NCBI RefSeq assembly: GCF_006345805.1
Contig: NW_021824988.1
Span: forward strand, 1-17,774
DNA: 17,774 nt
Direction of reading: 5' to 3'
Source: Octopus sinensis
Lineage: Eukaryota
In this document: positions 1-9,910 of the stretch, in pieces
Position numbering within the stretch: the stretch's first letter is position 1
Layout of the letters: the number at the start of each line of letters is the position of its first letter
Position numbers and translations under genes: made by a program
Notes under the pieces: model-generated
Seen by the model: the letters and a program-made list of their open reading frames with translations, nothing else
The model's database searches: none
What the model was told of the DNA's origin: nothing

Positions 1-54
1 TCCAACCCATGCTGCATGGAAGCGGATGCTAAACGATGATGATGATGATGATGA
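1..54 (+). mobile_element. 3' end of a SINE/LINE with (GAT)n tail, cut by the window edge
   Basis: TCCAACCCATGCTGCATGGAAGCGGATGCTAAAC followed directly by (GAT)n; resembles the 3' end of an abundant octopus retroposon (recalled, not searched). Confidence 0.6.
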
Positions 55-208
55 TATATATAAATAATTTAAGCCAAACCACGATGATCAGGCATGTATA
101 AAAACAGTCAGAAAGTGTACAAAGTAACAGGAGTAATACTTTCTCGTAAAAGGGTAGACGGAGTTGAACTTACATACTCCCATATTCCCTGTCGTTGCAG
201 TAGCAGTA

Positions 209-626
209 ACTCTCTTTACTCTTTACTCTTTTACTTGTTTCAGTAATTGACTGCGGCCATGCTGGAGCACTGCCTTTAATCGAGCAACTCGACCCCGGGA
301 CTATTCTTTGTAAGCCCAGTACTTATTCTATCGGTCTCTTTTGCCGAACTGCTAGTACGGGAACAACACAACACCAGCATCGTTGTCAAGCAATGCTAGG
401 GGGACAAACACAGACACACAAACACACACACGCATATATATATATATATATATACATATATACGACGGGCTTCTTTCAGTTTCCGTCTACCAAATCCACT
501 CACAAGGCTTTGGTTGGCCCGAGGCTATAGTAGAAGACACTTGCCCAAGGTGCCACGCAGTGGGACTGAACCCGGAACCATGCGGTTGGTAAACAAGCTA
601 CTTACCACACAGCCACTCCTCCGCCT
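209..626 (-). mobile_element. tRNA-derived CORE-like SINE, family 1, full length
   Basis: Minus strand reads: tRNA-like head with A box TGGCTGTGTGG and B-box-like GGTTCAGTCCC, then GGCACCTTGGGCAAGTGTCTT (resembles the MIR/CORE domain), an internal TA/TG microsatellite and an (AGAGTAA/AAGAGTAA)n tail. Many homologous copies occur in the window. Confidence 0.9.
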
Positions 627-1073
627 ATTCATTAACTAAATTCATTAAGTGATGTTGATGAAATGAAAGTGAGAAAGGTAGGAGAGTGATGGACAAGAAA
701 TCTGTGTCGCTGGTGGATTCCATAGCTGTCCTTCTATGACATCACTTCAGTTGAGATGTCATTACGTTCAAGCTGGTAAGGCCAAATCCCTGTTAGCCAC
801 TGATTTTCCTTATAGAATTCTAGCATTTATAATTGTGCAGACTAACTAGTAAAATGGATATGCCGTTCTAAAAATGGCTAAATTAATGTAGGTCACTTAT
901 TATCTATTTCAACTTTTTATGGCATAGAAGAGGTTAAGAGTCAAGGGGGGAAAAACATAGACCTACATTCCTCCTTCAGAGAACAATAGACCATATGGCT
1001 AGGGAGAATTTACTGATTCAGTTTCGAATCTCAGGTAGGGCCAAACGAGGTCCCACATATGTAAAGGTATGCA

Positions 1074-1074
<1 letters not shown>

Positions 1075-1118
<44 letters not shown>

Positions 1119-1156
1119 GCATATATATGTGCATATTTATGCTCACACACACACAT

Positions 1157-1190
<34 letters not shown>
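1075..1190. repeat. Compound (TG)n(TA)n(CA)n microsatellite
   Basis: Directly visible dinucleotide runs. Confidence 0.95.
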
Positions 1191-1270
1191 GACCATATAT
1201 GTGTATGCAATTATATCATATAATAAGGACAGTTTTCTCCTTTTGTCTCTTTTCTCATTGCTGTGATTGC

Positions 1271-1700
1271 GCAATGAAGTCTACACATTGTTGATGAGGT
1301 CTTAATAATAAAGAAACATGTTCTCAATAATCTCCCATGTTTACTAAATTAATTAAAATATGACTACCTCTAGAACACTACATTTATGGATGTGCTGTCC
1401 CATCTCATTTCCTCTTCAATCACTGCTACAATTTTATGGTGTAATCTATGCTGTTTTGATGAGGTTATAATAAGTGAGAAACATTTCTGGAGTTATCTTC
1501 CATGCTTGCTGAGATAAAAATAAGATTATATCTGCAATGTACTACATCTACTAGCTTACTGACATGCAGTTTGCTGTGTTTGTCACTTCAGCTGCTACTA
1601 GAACAGTACAATAAAGTCTATACTTTTATTCATGAGGTCCTGATAAGAGAGAAACATGTCTGGAGTTGTCTCCCATGCTTGCTGAATTAAAATATCAGAA
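1271..1700 (+). ncRNA. Degenerate tandem repeat (about 2.5 units, period 165-173 bp), each unit carrying a decayed type-I hammerhead ribozyme-like motif (retrozyme-like relic)
   Basis: TTGATGA/TTCATGA-N15-GAAACAT(G/T)T(C/T) at 1291-1322, 1456-1487 and 1629-1660, with identical 15-nt helix-II spacing. TGGAGT follows the motif in two copies. Flanking homology CAAT(G/A)AAGTCTA and CCCATG(C/T)TT(G/A)CT. Confidence 0.6.
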
Positions 1701-2126
1701 GTCAATGATTAATAGAAGTACAATGTATTGTAAACAGCAAAAGATGAAGCCTGCACTGTACTCAGCATGTACAGTAGCCTTATACGTACTTTAATCTCAT
1801 ACCTGTTGTGTTTTATTTGCAAGGTCCACATCAGACAGGAGTACTGCTTTCTTTCACTCAGATATTTTTGACCACATCAGAAAATATGTGTATTCTGATA
1901 TGTATAGTACAGTACTACTGCCACCACTGCTGCTGCTGTTTGTACTGGCATTTAATTGCCTCAGTCTCACCAGATTAGTAAAATCGGGGTGGTCAATTGT
2001 AAATAGAAATAAATCTCTAGATAACGGGGAACAATATTTTGTTATCTATTGTTAGTTATACTTTCCAGTATTATCCATAGTAATCCTCCACACAGATCCA
2101 TGAACATATGTGCTTCTGTGGGCCTG

Positions 2127-2187
2127 TGTGTGTATATATGTGCAGATATGTGTGTGTGTATATATATATATGTGTGTGTGTGTATAA

Positions 2188-2230
<43 letters not shown>

Positions 2231-2255
2231 ATACATATACATATGTGTGTGTGTA
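2127..2255. repeat. Compound (TG)n/(TA)n microsatellite
   Basis: Directly visible. Confidence 0.95.
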
Positions 2256-2464
2256 TAAGAAGCAAACATAAGAGAACAGAGAAAAAAATTGATAATTGAT
2301 GAACATCAATTATTATTTATTGATTACAAAAGAAGACAATATTTCACCTAACAGATGTATATATATGTATATATATAGGATCATACACATACACACACAC
2401 ATACACACAGTCTAACGGCTTAGCATCACTGTGGAGAACATTCTTGTATACGAATAATATATTT

Positions 2465-2513
2465 ACATGTATATATATATATACATGTATGTATGTTATG
2501 TATGTATATATAC

Positions 2514-2545
<32 letters not shown>

Positions 2546-2651
2546 TGAGAGAAAGTGAGAGTGAGAGAAAGAGAGATCGATAGATAGATAGATAGATAGA
2601 TGATAGATAGATAGATTGATAGATAGATAGATTGATAGATAGATAGGTAGG

Positions 2652-2728
<77 letters not shown>

Positions 2729-2729
2729 C
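2465..2729. repeat. Compound microsatellite: (TA/TATG)n, (GA)n at about 2513-2577, (GATA)n at about 2578-2729
   Basis: Directly visible. Confidence 0.95.
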
Positions 2730-2977
2730 AATTCAGTTTAGCTATTAACTATGTTGTTTGCTTTAGGAAACATGTCTTTGAGTATCAGCTAAGAAACCTG
2801 ATTTTATTGCAAAAGGTGCACGCATTAGGGGATTCACTACTGGAAATTCATGAATATCTAAAGAGTTTATACAAATATTATTAAGGATGAAACAGCTGTA
2901 CAATTATGCAATAAAACATATTGCTCACTCCGCAGCCAATGTTAATACACACACACATACACACATATATATATATA

Positions 2978-3230
2978 GGGAGAATTCACAAAAAGAAACA
3001 AAAGACGAAGACAGGTGGTGTAAACAACAAAGAGATGTATTTGTTTAACGCTCGGGAAGTGAGAAAGTCATTAACGTTTCGAGCCTATGCTCTTCCGCAG
3101 AAAGAAACAAGAGAAAATAAAGAAGAATGTGTAGTGGCTAGCGATCTACGTAGTACACACACACACACACACATACAGTTAAAAGAAAAAAAGAAAATGG
3201 CGATAAGGAAGTTTACAATTATTTATTAAC
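2978..3230 (-). mobile_element. Penelope-like element terminal (pLTR/3') relic with a hammerhead-like motif
   Basis: Minus strand TCTTT-CTGCGGAA-GAGC-ATAG-GCTC-GAAACGTT-AATGA matches the CTGANGAA-stem-GAAACGT pattern typical of Penelope terminal repeats. No ORF remains. Confidence 0.6.
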
Positions 3231-3250
3231 AAATTGGTCATCTTCACTTC

Positions 3251-3519
3251 TTACTCTTTTCTCTTTTACTCTTTTACTTGTTTCAGTCATTTGACTGCGG
3301 TCATGCTGGAGCACCGCCTTTAGTCGAGCAAATCAACCCCAGGACTTATACTTTGTAAGCCCAGTACTTATTCTATTGGTCTCTTTTGCCGAACCGCTAA
3401 GTGACAGGGATGTAAACACACCAGCATCGGTTGTCAAGCAATGCTAGGGAGACAAACACAGACACACAAACATACATATATAATATATATTAATATATAT
3501 TATATATATATATATATAT

Positions 3520-3565
<46 letters not shown>

Positions 3566-3733
3566 TTATATACGACAGACTTCTTTCAGTTTCCGTCTAC
3601 CAAATCCACTCACAAGGCATTGGTCGGCCCGAGGCTATAGCAGAAGACACTTGCCCAAGATGCCACGCAGTGGGACTGAACCTTGAACCATGTGGTTGGT
3701 TAGCAAGCTACTTACCACACAGCCACTCCTGCC
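3251..3733 (-). mobile_element. Family 1 SINE, full length, internal (TA)n expanded
   Basis: Colinear with 209-626; internal TA tract about 3476-3570. Confidence 0.9.
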
Positions 3734-3955
3734 GTTTCAATTAATACTCAGTAATTTAATTACAAATTTGTACATTCAATTTGAATTTATGTCACATGAG
3801 CATAATTTCATCAAAGAAGAAAGGAAGTTGTACCGAGGTATGTTATATGTGGACCGAAGGGAATTTCATTCCCCAACAATACTAGGGATTGAATCAGTAT
3901 TTCTTTGGATGCAGCCATCCCTTCATTAGGTTGACATATCCTCTAATTAAATATA

Positions 3956-4203
3956 TCACAATTCCAGGTTCAGTCCCATTGCATGTCACCTTGAGGAAAT
4001 GTCTTCTACTATAGCCTCAGGATGACCAAAGCCTTGTGAGTGAATTTGGTTGACAGAAACTGGAGGAAGCCCATCGTATATATGTATATATATATGTGTA
4101 TGTTTGTGTATATGTTTGTGTGTCTGTATTTTCTCCCCAACATCGCTTGACAACCGATGGTGGTGTGTTTAGGTCCCCCATAAATTAGTTCAGCAAAAGA
4201 GAC
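3956..4203 (+). mobile_element. Family 1 SINE, truncated at both ends, diverged
   Basis: GGTTCAGTCCCATTGCATGTCACCTTGAGGAAATGTCTTCTACTATAGCC ... AGCAAAAGAGAC is homologous to the other copies. Confidence 0.85.
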
Positions 4204-4204
4204 A

Positions 4205-4260
4205 CATCAGCTGACAAGAGATGTTGGGGGAGACAAACACAGACACAAACATATACACAT
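4205..4260 (-). mobile_element. Short inverted family 1 SINE fragment
   Basis: CATCAGCTGACAAGAGATGTTGGGGGAGACAAACACAGACAC is the reverse complement of the segment at 4108-4159. Confidence 0.7.
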
Positions 4261-4275
4261 ACACACACATAATAT

Positions 4276-4313
<38 letters not shown>

Positions 4314-4517
4314 GTGGATATGTTACTGTGTGTGTCTATGTGCATGTGTGTGTGTGTATATATATTATATATATATATGTGTGTGTGGGTGTTTGTCTAT
4401 ATATATATGTGTGTGTATATGTATATGTATATATATGTATATATATATGTGTATATGTATGTGTAAATATATATATATATTATATATATATATATATATG
4501 TATATATATGTATAATG

Positions 4518-4548
<31 letters not shown>

Positions 4549-4615
4549 GTGTATATATATGTGTGTATATATATATATATGTGTGTGTATATATATGTAT
4601 ATATGTATATATATG

Positions 4616-4660
<45 letters not shown>

Positions 4661-4688
4661 GTGTGTGTGTGTATATATATATATATAT
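4261..4688. repeat. Long compound (CA)n/(TG)n/(TA)n microsatellite
   Basis: Directly visible; explains the ORFs at 4221-4793. Confidence 0.95.
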
Positions 4689-5247
4689 GGGAAAGTATTG
4701 CAGATGGACAAAGTAATTACAGGTGAAATGAAAACGCAGCACAGACAGGTATTCCTATATTTTGTTCCTTCATCTGTTGCCAATTCGAAATAATAACAAT
4801 TTTAGCACTTAGGAGGATATTGTTCATTCGAACAGTACCTATAACCCATTAGAATTGCAAGCATACAGGCGAGTGGGCATATGTATCAATCATTGTTAAG
4901 AAGGAAAAAAAAGAAAATGAGAAAGACTGAGTGTGTGGTAATAAATTTAGGAGGGGGAAAAGAAAAACAAAGAAAACAAGGAGATGATAATGGAATTTCT
5001 TTTGACCTGGACAATAAATAAAGTAATGCGTTGCCTTCAACAATAAACCAAGAGAAATGAAAAGAAAACATCTAGTCATTGTGAAAAGGAGGGAGAGAAA
5101 GAAAATTAAAACAGAAAGAGAAAGCAGAAGGTTTGAAGGTAGAAGTATCTTATGGCAGAAATCTCCAAGAACCAGACAACGGACAAGTACTGGACCATGG
5201 GTAATTTGTTGATTGGCCACACAGAAAGATTAAACTTTTAAATTATA

Positions 5248-5808
5248 CAGTAATACCTCATTTTACACTGATTCACTTTACAAGATCCTGGGTTTACGGG
5301 TTTTATTTTTCATGCTCAAGATCCAAATTTTGAACGAAGTGCAAAAATTTCTACTGCCATAACAAATGCTTCTGTGTGTTACCAAGAAATTCATAAAGAG
5401 TGAAAAAAATGCTTCTTCTAAGCAAACAGCTCTAGACTTGTTTTTAAACAGAAGTCTACAAGTCAGTCTGTGAGTGCTTGTGAATCAGCCATTGCATTTA
5501 CAAGTGATGGTGAGTGTGAGCCTAGTGTGAATGAAAGAGATTCAGAAAACGATTTTAATAATAATATTTTTTATCATAAACGATTTTGACCTTCTTTTTA
5601 CTTTACATAAAATATTCTTTACATTCTACTGTTGCTTTATTGCCATTTATTTATGAGTATCATAAATTTTACAGGTAAAATATTTTCCTGGAAACAAATT
5701 ATGATTTATAACATTGCCACTATGGGAAATTATTGCTCTGCTTTACCAGTTTTCACTTTACGAGCTGTCTCTGGGAACCAAATAAACTCATATATCAAGG
5801 CATTACTG
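5248..5808 (+). mobile_element. Tigger/pogo-type non-autonomous deletion derivative (561 bp) carrying a transposase C-terminal relic
   Basis: TA|CAGTAATACCTCATTTTA ... TATATCAAGGCATTACTG|TA gives imperfect TIRs with a TA TSD. 5308-5450 translates to FHAQDPNFERSAKISTAITNASVCYQEIHKE*/ASSKQTALDLFL, similar to the Tigger C-terminus (recalled as FEAQDPNVERYTKV...CYRVIYDEKK..TQTSLDHFF). TTCACTTTAC is repeated at 5272 and 5752. Confidence 0.8.
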
Positions 5809-6938
5809 TACTTACATTTTATTGATTATCACCCTCTGCTGAGTGTTTTGCACAATATATCAGAGTAGATCTTGGAGAGAAAGTGAAGACATTGACAAGG
5901 TCATAAACAACAAAGAAAAATCTTTGGGTAAAAAGCAATCGATTGATTGTTTAACCAGCACGCAAAACAAATGATTGATTAGTTAGTTGTTTAGATATTT
6001 AACCAATTTACTAGCAACAAAGAAGTGATATTGAACCAGTGTGTGTTATTATTGGTTTAATGACCCTCCCAAGACACAATATATATATATATAATATATA
6101 TATATATATGTTATATACGTAATATTTAAATCATATACTATGCTCTTTATTGTATTTTGTTCTGTGCATGATCCCCCTCTCTATGAAAAAATTGTCTTGC
6201 ATGAAACTGAACCATTCTGCAAAAAAGGAAAGGTTGGGGCCTGCTGCTTATGGGAAGGAAGCAAATCAGGAAATAGTAGCAAGAAAATTGAAGATAATTT
6301 CTAGCAGATTGATGAAAGGATAAAAAAGCCAATCCTGAATTTGTCATTCTACACTCATGTTCCTAAGAGTTTCTTCTCTGATGATATTTTTATATGCACT
6401 CATTTCTGCCCTTGCAGTTCCAGTGGTTCGTGGGCATTGTTGAAATGAACACTATTGACTTAGGGTGTCGAAATTGTTATGCTTTACAAGTGACAGCTGA
6501 TGAAGGGAGCACTTTATGCCCATCTGTGTGTTTTTCATTTATCCCACAACTCTTCTCCTCCTGTGATGCTATCATACTGTTTTTTTTACAATTTTTGTGA
6601 TATTATTTGTAATGCAATGCAGTTAGCTTCCTCAGGTTTACATGTATATATATATATGGAGAGTGAATAAGAGTGATATCAGGAAGATATGAATGCATAC
6701 ATATTTATATATTATATTTTGCATGTATGTGTATAGTCTTAGTTTTATAATTCCATAATATTAAATATACATGTCTAGATATTTTATAAAGTTTAACCAA
6801 GCTAAATCAATATAATTATTACATTATTTTGAATGATAAAATGCTTCTAGCTATTAATTCACATTTACCTATATGTATTTGTGTGTATGTGAATGTGTGT
6901 GTGTGTGTGTGTGTGTGAGTGAGTGTGTGTGTGTAGAT

Positions 6939-7191
6939 ACACCAGCATCGGTTGTCAAGCAATGCTAGGGGTACAAACACAGACACACAAACATATACAC
7001 ACACACTTATATATATATATACATATATACAACAGGCTTCTTTCAGTTTCCGTCTACCAATCCACTCACAAGGCAATGGTCGGCCCGGGCTATAGCAGAA
7101 GACACTTGCCCAAGGTACCATGCAGTGGGACTGACCCCGGAACCATGTGGTTTGTAAGCAAGCTACTTACCACACAACCACACCTGCGCCT
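6939..7191 (-). mobile_element. Family 1 SINE lacking its 3' part (duplication copy 1)
   Basis: ACACCAGCATCGGTTGTCAAG ... CACACCTGCGCCT. Confidence 0.9.
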
Positions 7192-8044
7192 ACATATATA
7201 TATATATTATATATATATATATATATGTTATATACGTAATATTTAAATCATATACTATGCTCTTTATTGTTTTTTGTTCTGTGCATGATCCCCCTCTCTA
7301 TGAAAAATTGTCTTGCATGAAACTGAACCATTCTGCAAAAAAGGAAAGTTGGGGCCTGCTGCTTATGGGAAGGAAGCAAATCAGGAATATAGCAAGAAAA
7401 ATGAAGATAATTTCTATAGCAGATTGATGAAGGATAAAAAGCCAATCCTGAATTGTCATTCTACACTCATGTTCCTAAGAGTTTCTTCTCTGATGATATT
7501 TTTATATGCACTCATTTCTGCCCTTGCAGTTCCAGTGGTTCGTGGGCATTGTTGAAATGAACACTATTGACTTAGGGTGTCGAATTGTGATCTTTACAAG
7601 TGACAGCTGATGAAGGGAGCACTTTATGCCCATCTGTGTGTTTTTCATTTATCCCACAACTCTTCTCCTCCTGTGATGCTATCATACTGTTTTTTTTACA
7701 ATTTTTGTGATATATTTGTAATGCAATGCATTAGCTTCCTCAGGTTTACATGTATATATATATGGAGAGTGAATAAGAGTGATATCAGGAAGATATGAAT
7801 GCATACATTTTATATATATATTTTGCATGTATGTGTATAGTCTTAGTTGTATAATTCCATAATATTAAATATACATGTCTAGATATTTTATAAAGTTTAA
7901 AACAAGCTAAATCAATATAATTATTACATTATTTTGAATGATAAAATGCTTCTAGCTATTAATTCACATTTACCTATATGTATTTTGTGTATGTGAATGT
8001 GTGTGTGTGTGTGTGTGTGTGAGTGAGTGTGTGTGTGTGTAGAT

Positions 8045-8293
8045 ACACCAGCATCGGTTGTCAAGCAATGCTAGGGGTACAAACACAGACACACAAACAT
8101 ATACACCACACTTATATATATATACATATATACAACAGGCTTCTTTCAGTTTCCGTCTACCAAATCCACTCACAAGGCAATGGTCGGCCCGGGGCTATAG
8201 CAGAAGACACTTGCCCAAGGTACCATGCAGTGGGACTGACCCCGGAACCATGTGGTTTGTAAGCAAGCTACTTACCACACAACCACACCTGCG

Positions 8294-8296
<3 letters not shown>
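8045..8296 (-). mobile_element. Family 1 SINE lacking its 3' part (duplication copy 2)
   Basis: Near-identical to 6939-7191. Confidence 0.9.
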
Positions 8297-8330
<34 letters not shown>

Positions 8331-8521
8331 AAATTTATTAAATTGTGGAAGTGCAAGAGTCAGTACTTCCAATATTTGGTAAGCTGTTTAGGAATGATTA
8401 TGAAAAATGGAAAATAAAATTTGGCACAGATTCACAGTGTTAGAATATCATAGTGTATGATGGTTGGTTGACAAAAAGTGGAAAATTATTGCTTCTTTTA
8501 CATGAATATATGACTATATAC

Positions 8522-8928
8522 AGGCTCAGGAGTGGCTGTGTGGTAAGTAGATTGCATAGCAATCAGATGGTTCCAGGTTCAGTCCCACTGCATGGCACCT
8601 TGGGCCAGTGTCTTCTACTATAGCCTCAGGGCGACCAAAGCCTTGTGAGTGAATTTGGTAGACAAAACCTGAAATAAGTCAATCGTATATACATGTGTGT
8701 GTATGTGTATGTGTGTGCGTGTGTGTGTGTGTTTCTCCCCCACCATTGCTTGACAACTGATATTTGGTGTGTTTATGACTCAGTAATTTAGCAGTTCAGC
8801 AAAAGAGACCAATAGAATAAGTACTAGGCTTACAAAGAATAAGTCCTGGGGTCGATTTGTTCAACTAAAGGTGATGCTCCAGCAAGGTCGCAATCAAATG
8901 ATTGAAACAAGTAAAAGAATAAAAGAAT
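8522..8928 (+). mobile_element. Family 1 SINE, full length, diverged
   Basis: AGGCTCAGGAGTGGCTGTGTGG head through an (AAAAGAAT)n tail; many CpG>TpG/CpA changes. Confidence 0.9.
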
Positions 8929-9059
8929 GTATATATTAATATATATATATTTACACACACACACACATGTATATATGTGCGTGTGTGTGTGTGTATAAAT
9001 ATATATGTATATATATATAAAATAATGTTTATACCATTATTATTATTATTATTATTATT

Positions 9060-9615
9060 GAGTGAGAGAGCAGTGCATGCCATCAAAGTGACACTGGGGT
9101 AAAATATACAAAGCCCAGTATATCCATCATGACTACCCGTCTGATAAGGGTACACTAGGCACATGCATCAAAACAATATGTGCACGACATGGTGATCTCA
9201 TATCAAGATAAACAGCACATGACCTTGCAAGTGGGGCCCAGTTAGAATTTTCTTCTGGTTGAGTAGACCATCCTGCTCAAAAGGTCCCTGAATAAGGGTT
9301 GTTTAAGGATGTTGAATGAAACACCCATGTTTCCAGTGGTGGATTATCCAAACCTCCAAGAATTCCTTTCAACACACGGCTATGATGCTCCCCCACTACT
9401 TCTGCTCGTGATCAGAGATGCACATATCGTCAGCTACTAAGGAACATGCTCAACTGGTTAAGGTCAAACAACTGACAAGCAAATCTGTGGTATTGAGCAG
9501 AATATTTGCTTTAGACCATCTTTTATACCAAGACAAAACAATGTACATGATAACACTTCCAATCAATTAAGATCAGAAACCACGAGAACCACTGCCTGGT
9601 ACTGCATCAGGGCAT
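9060..9615. mobile_element. Interspersed element of about 555 bp embedded in an (ATT)n microsatellite; probable non-LTR retroposon 3' UTR or non-autonomous element
   Basis: Unique, more GC-rich block with (ATT)n at both 9036-9059 and 9615-9694. Family identity recalled as a common octopus repeat, not verified. Confidence 0.55.
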
Positions 9616-9627
9616 TTATTATTATAA

Positions 9628-9695
<68 letters not shown>

Positions 9696-9910
9696 AATCT
9701 GATACACAGCATGCATTATTGTTTCAATGGTATATATTGATTTCAATTTTAATCCAGACAACTTGTTTTGTGAATCAATGGAATGACTTGCTTGCTGATT
9801 TCAATATCAGAATGAAAATTTTGATTTAGTTCAGAATGTCTGAGTGTGGTTGTTACTGAGAAGATCAAATCAGAATGAAACACCGTTATCTGATGACCTG
9901 CTAATATATA

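Larger units (their letters stand above)
6110..8296 (+). repeat. Direct tandem duplication of about 1.1 kb (6110-7191 and 7227-8296), bounded by (TA)n tracts
   Basis: The two copies are colinear throughout; differences are mostly 1-nt homopolymer indels. Confidence 0.95.

Noticed and set aside
169-190. Minus-strand micro-exon GGAATATGGGAGTAT followed by GTAAGT
   Set aside because: No polypyrimidine tract, and donor-like hexamers are expected by chance.
737-763. Small hairpins ATGACATC..GATGTCAT, and ATCTCAC..GTGAGAT near 15358
   Set aside because: Stems of 7-8 bp are expected by chance in 17.8 kb.
1292-1685. C/D box snoRNA cluster reading (TGATGA ... CTGA)
   Set aside because: The C-to-D span is only about 56 nt, there is no terminal stem, and a box is broken in two of three copies. 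The fixed N15-GAAACATGTC spacing fits a hammerhead better.
1271-1700. CRISPR-like repeat-spacer array
   Set aside because: Eukaryotic context, the spacers are homologous to each other, the repeats are too divergent, and there are no cas genes.
2578-2729. (GATA)n block as an insulator or sex-linked Bkm satellite
   Set aside because: Only the repeat itself is visible; nothing in the sequence supports a function.
2767-2815. Plus-strand candidate exon KHVFEYQLRNLILLQK after TTTGCTTTAG
   Set aside because: Good acceptor but weak donor, no recognisable homology and no compatible neighbouring exon; cannot be supported without RNA data.
3800-3915. Minus-strand LLGNEIPFGPHITYLGT, a faint LINE RT YLG-like motif
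   Set aside because: Too short and degenerate to call.
6150-6447. About 95-codon frame with a single stop in duplication copy 1
   Set aside because: Not conserved in frame in copy 2 and no recognisable domain; any likeness to a GIY-YIG tail is too weak.
8522-8600. SINE heads as tRNA genes
   Set aside because: No complete cloverleaf or acceptor stem, and they continue into SINE bodies.
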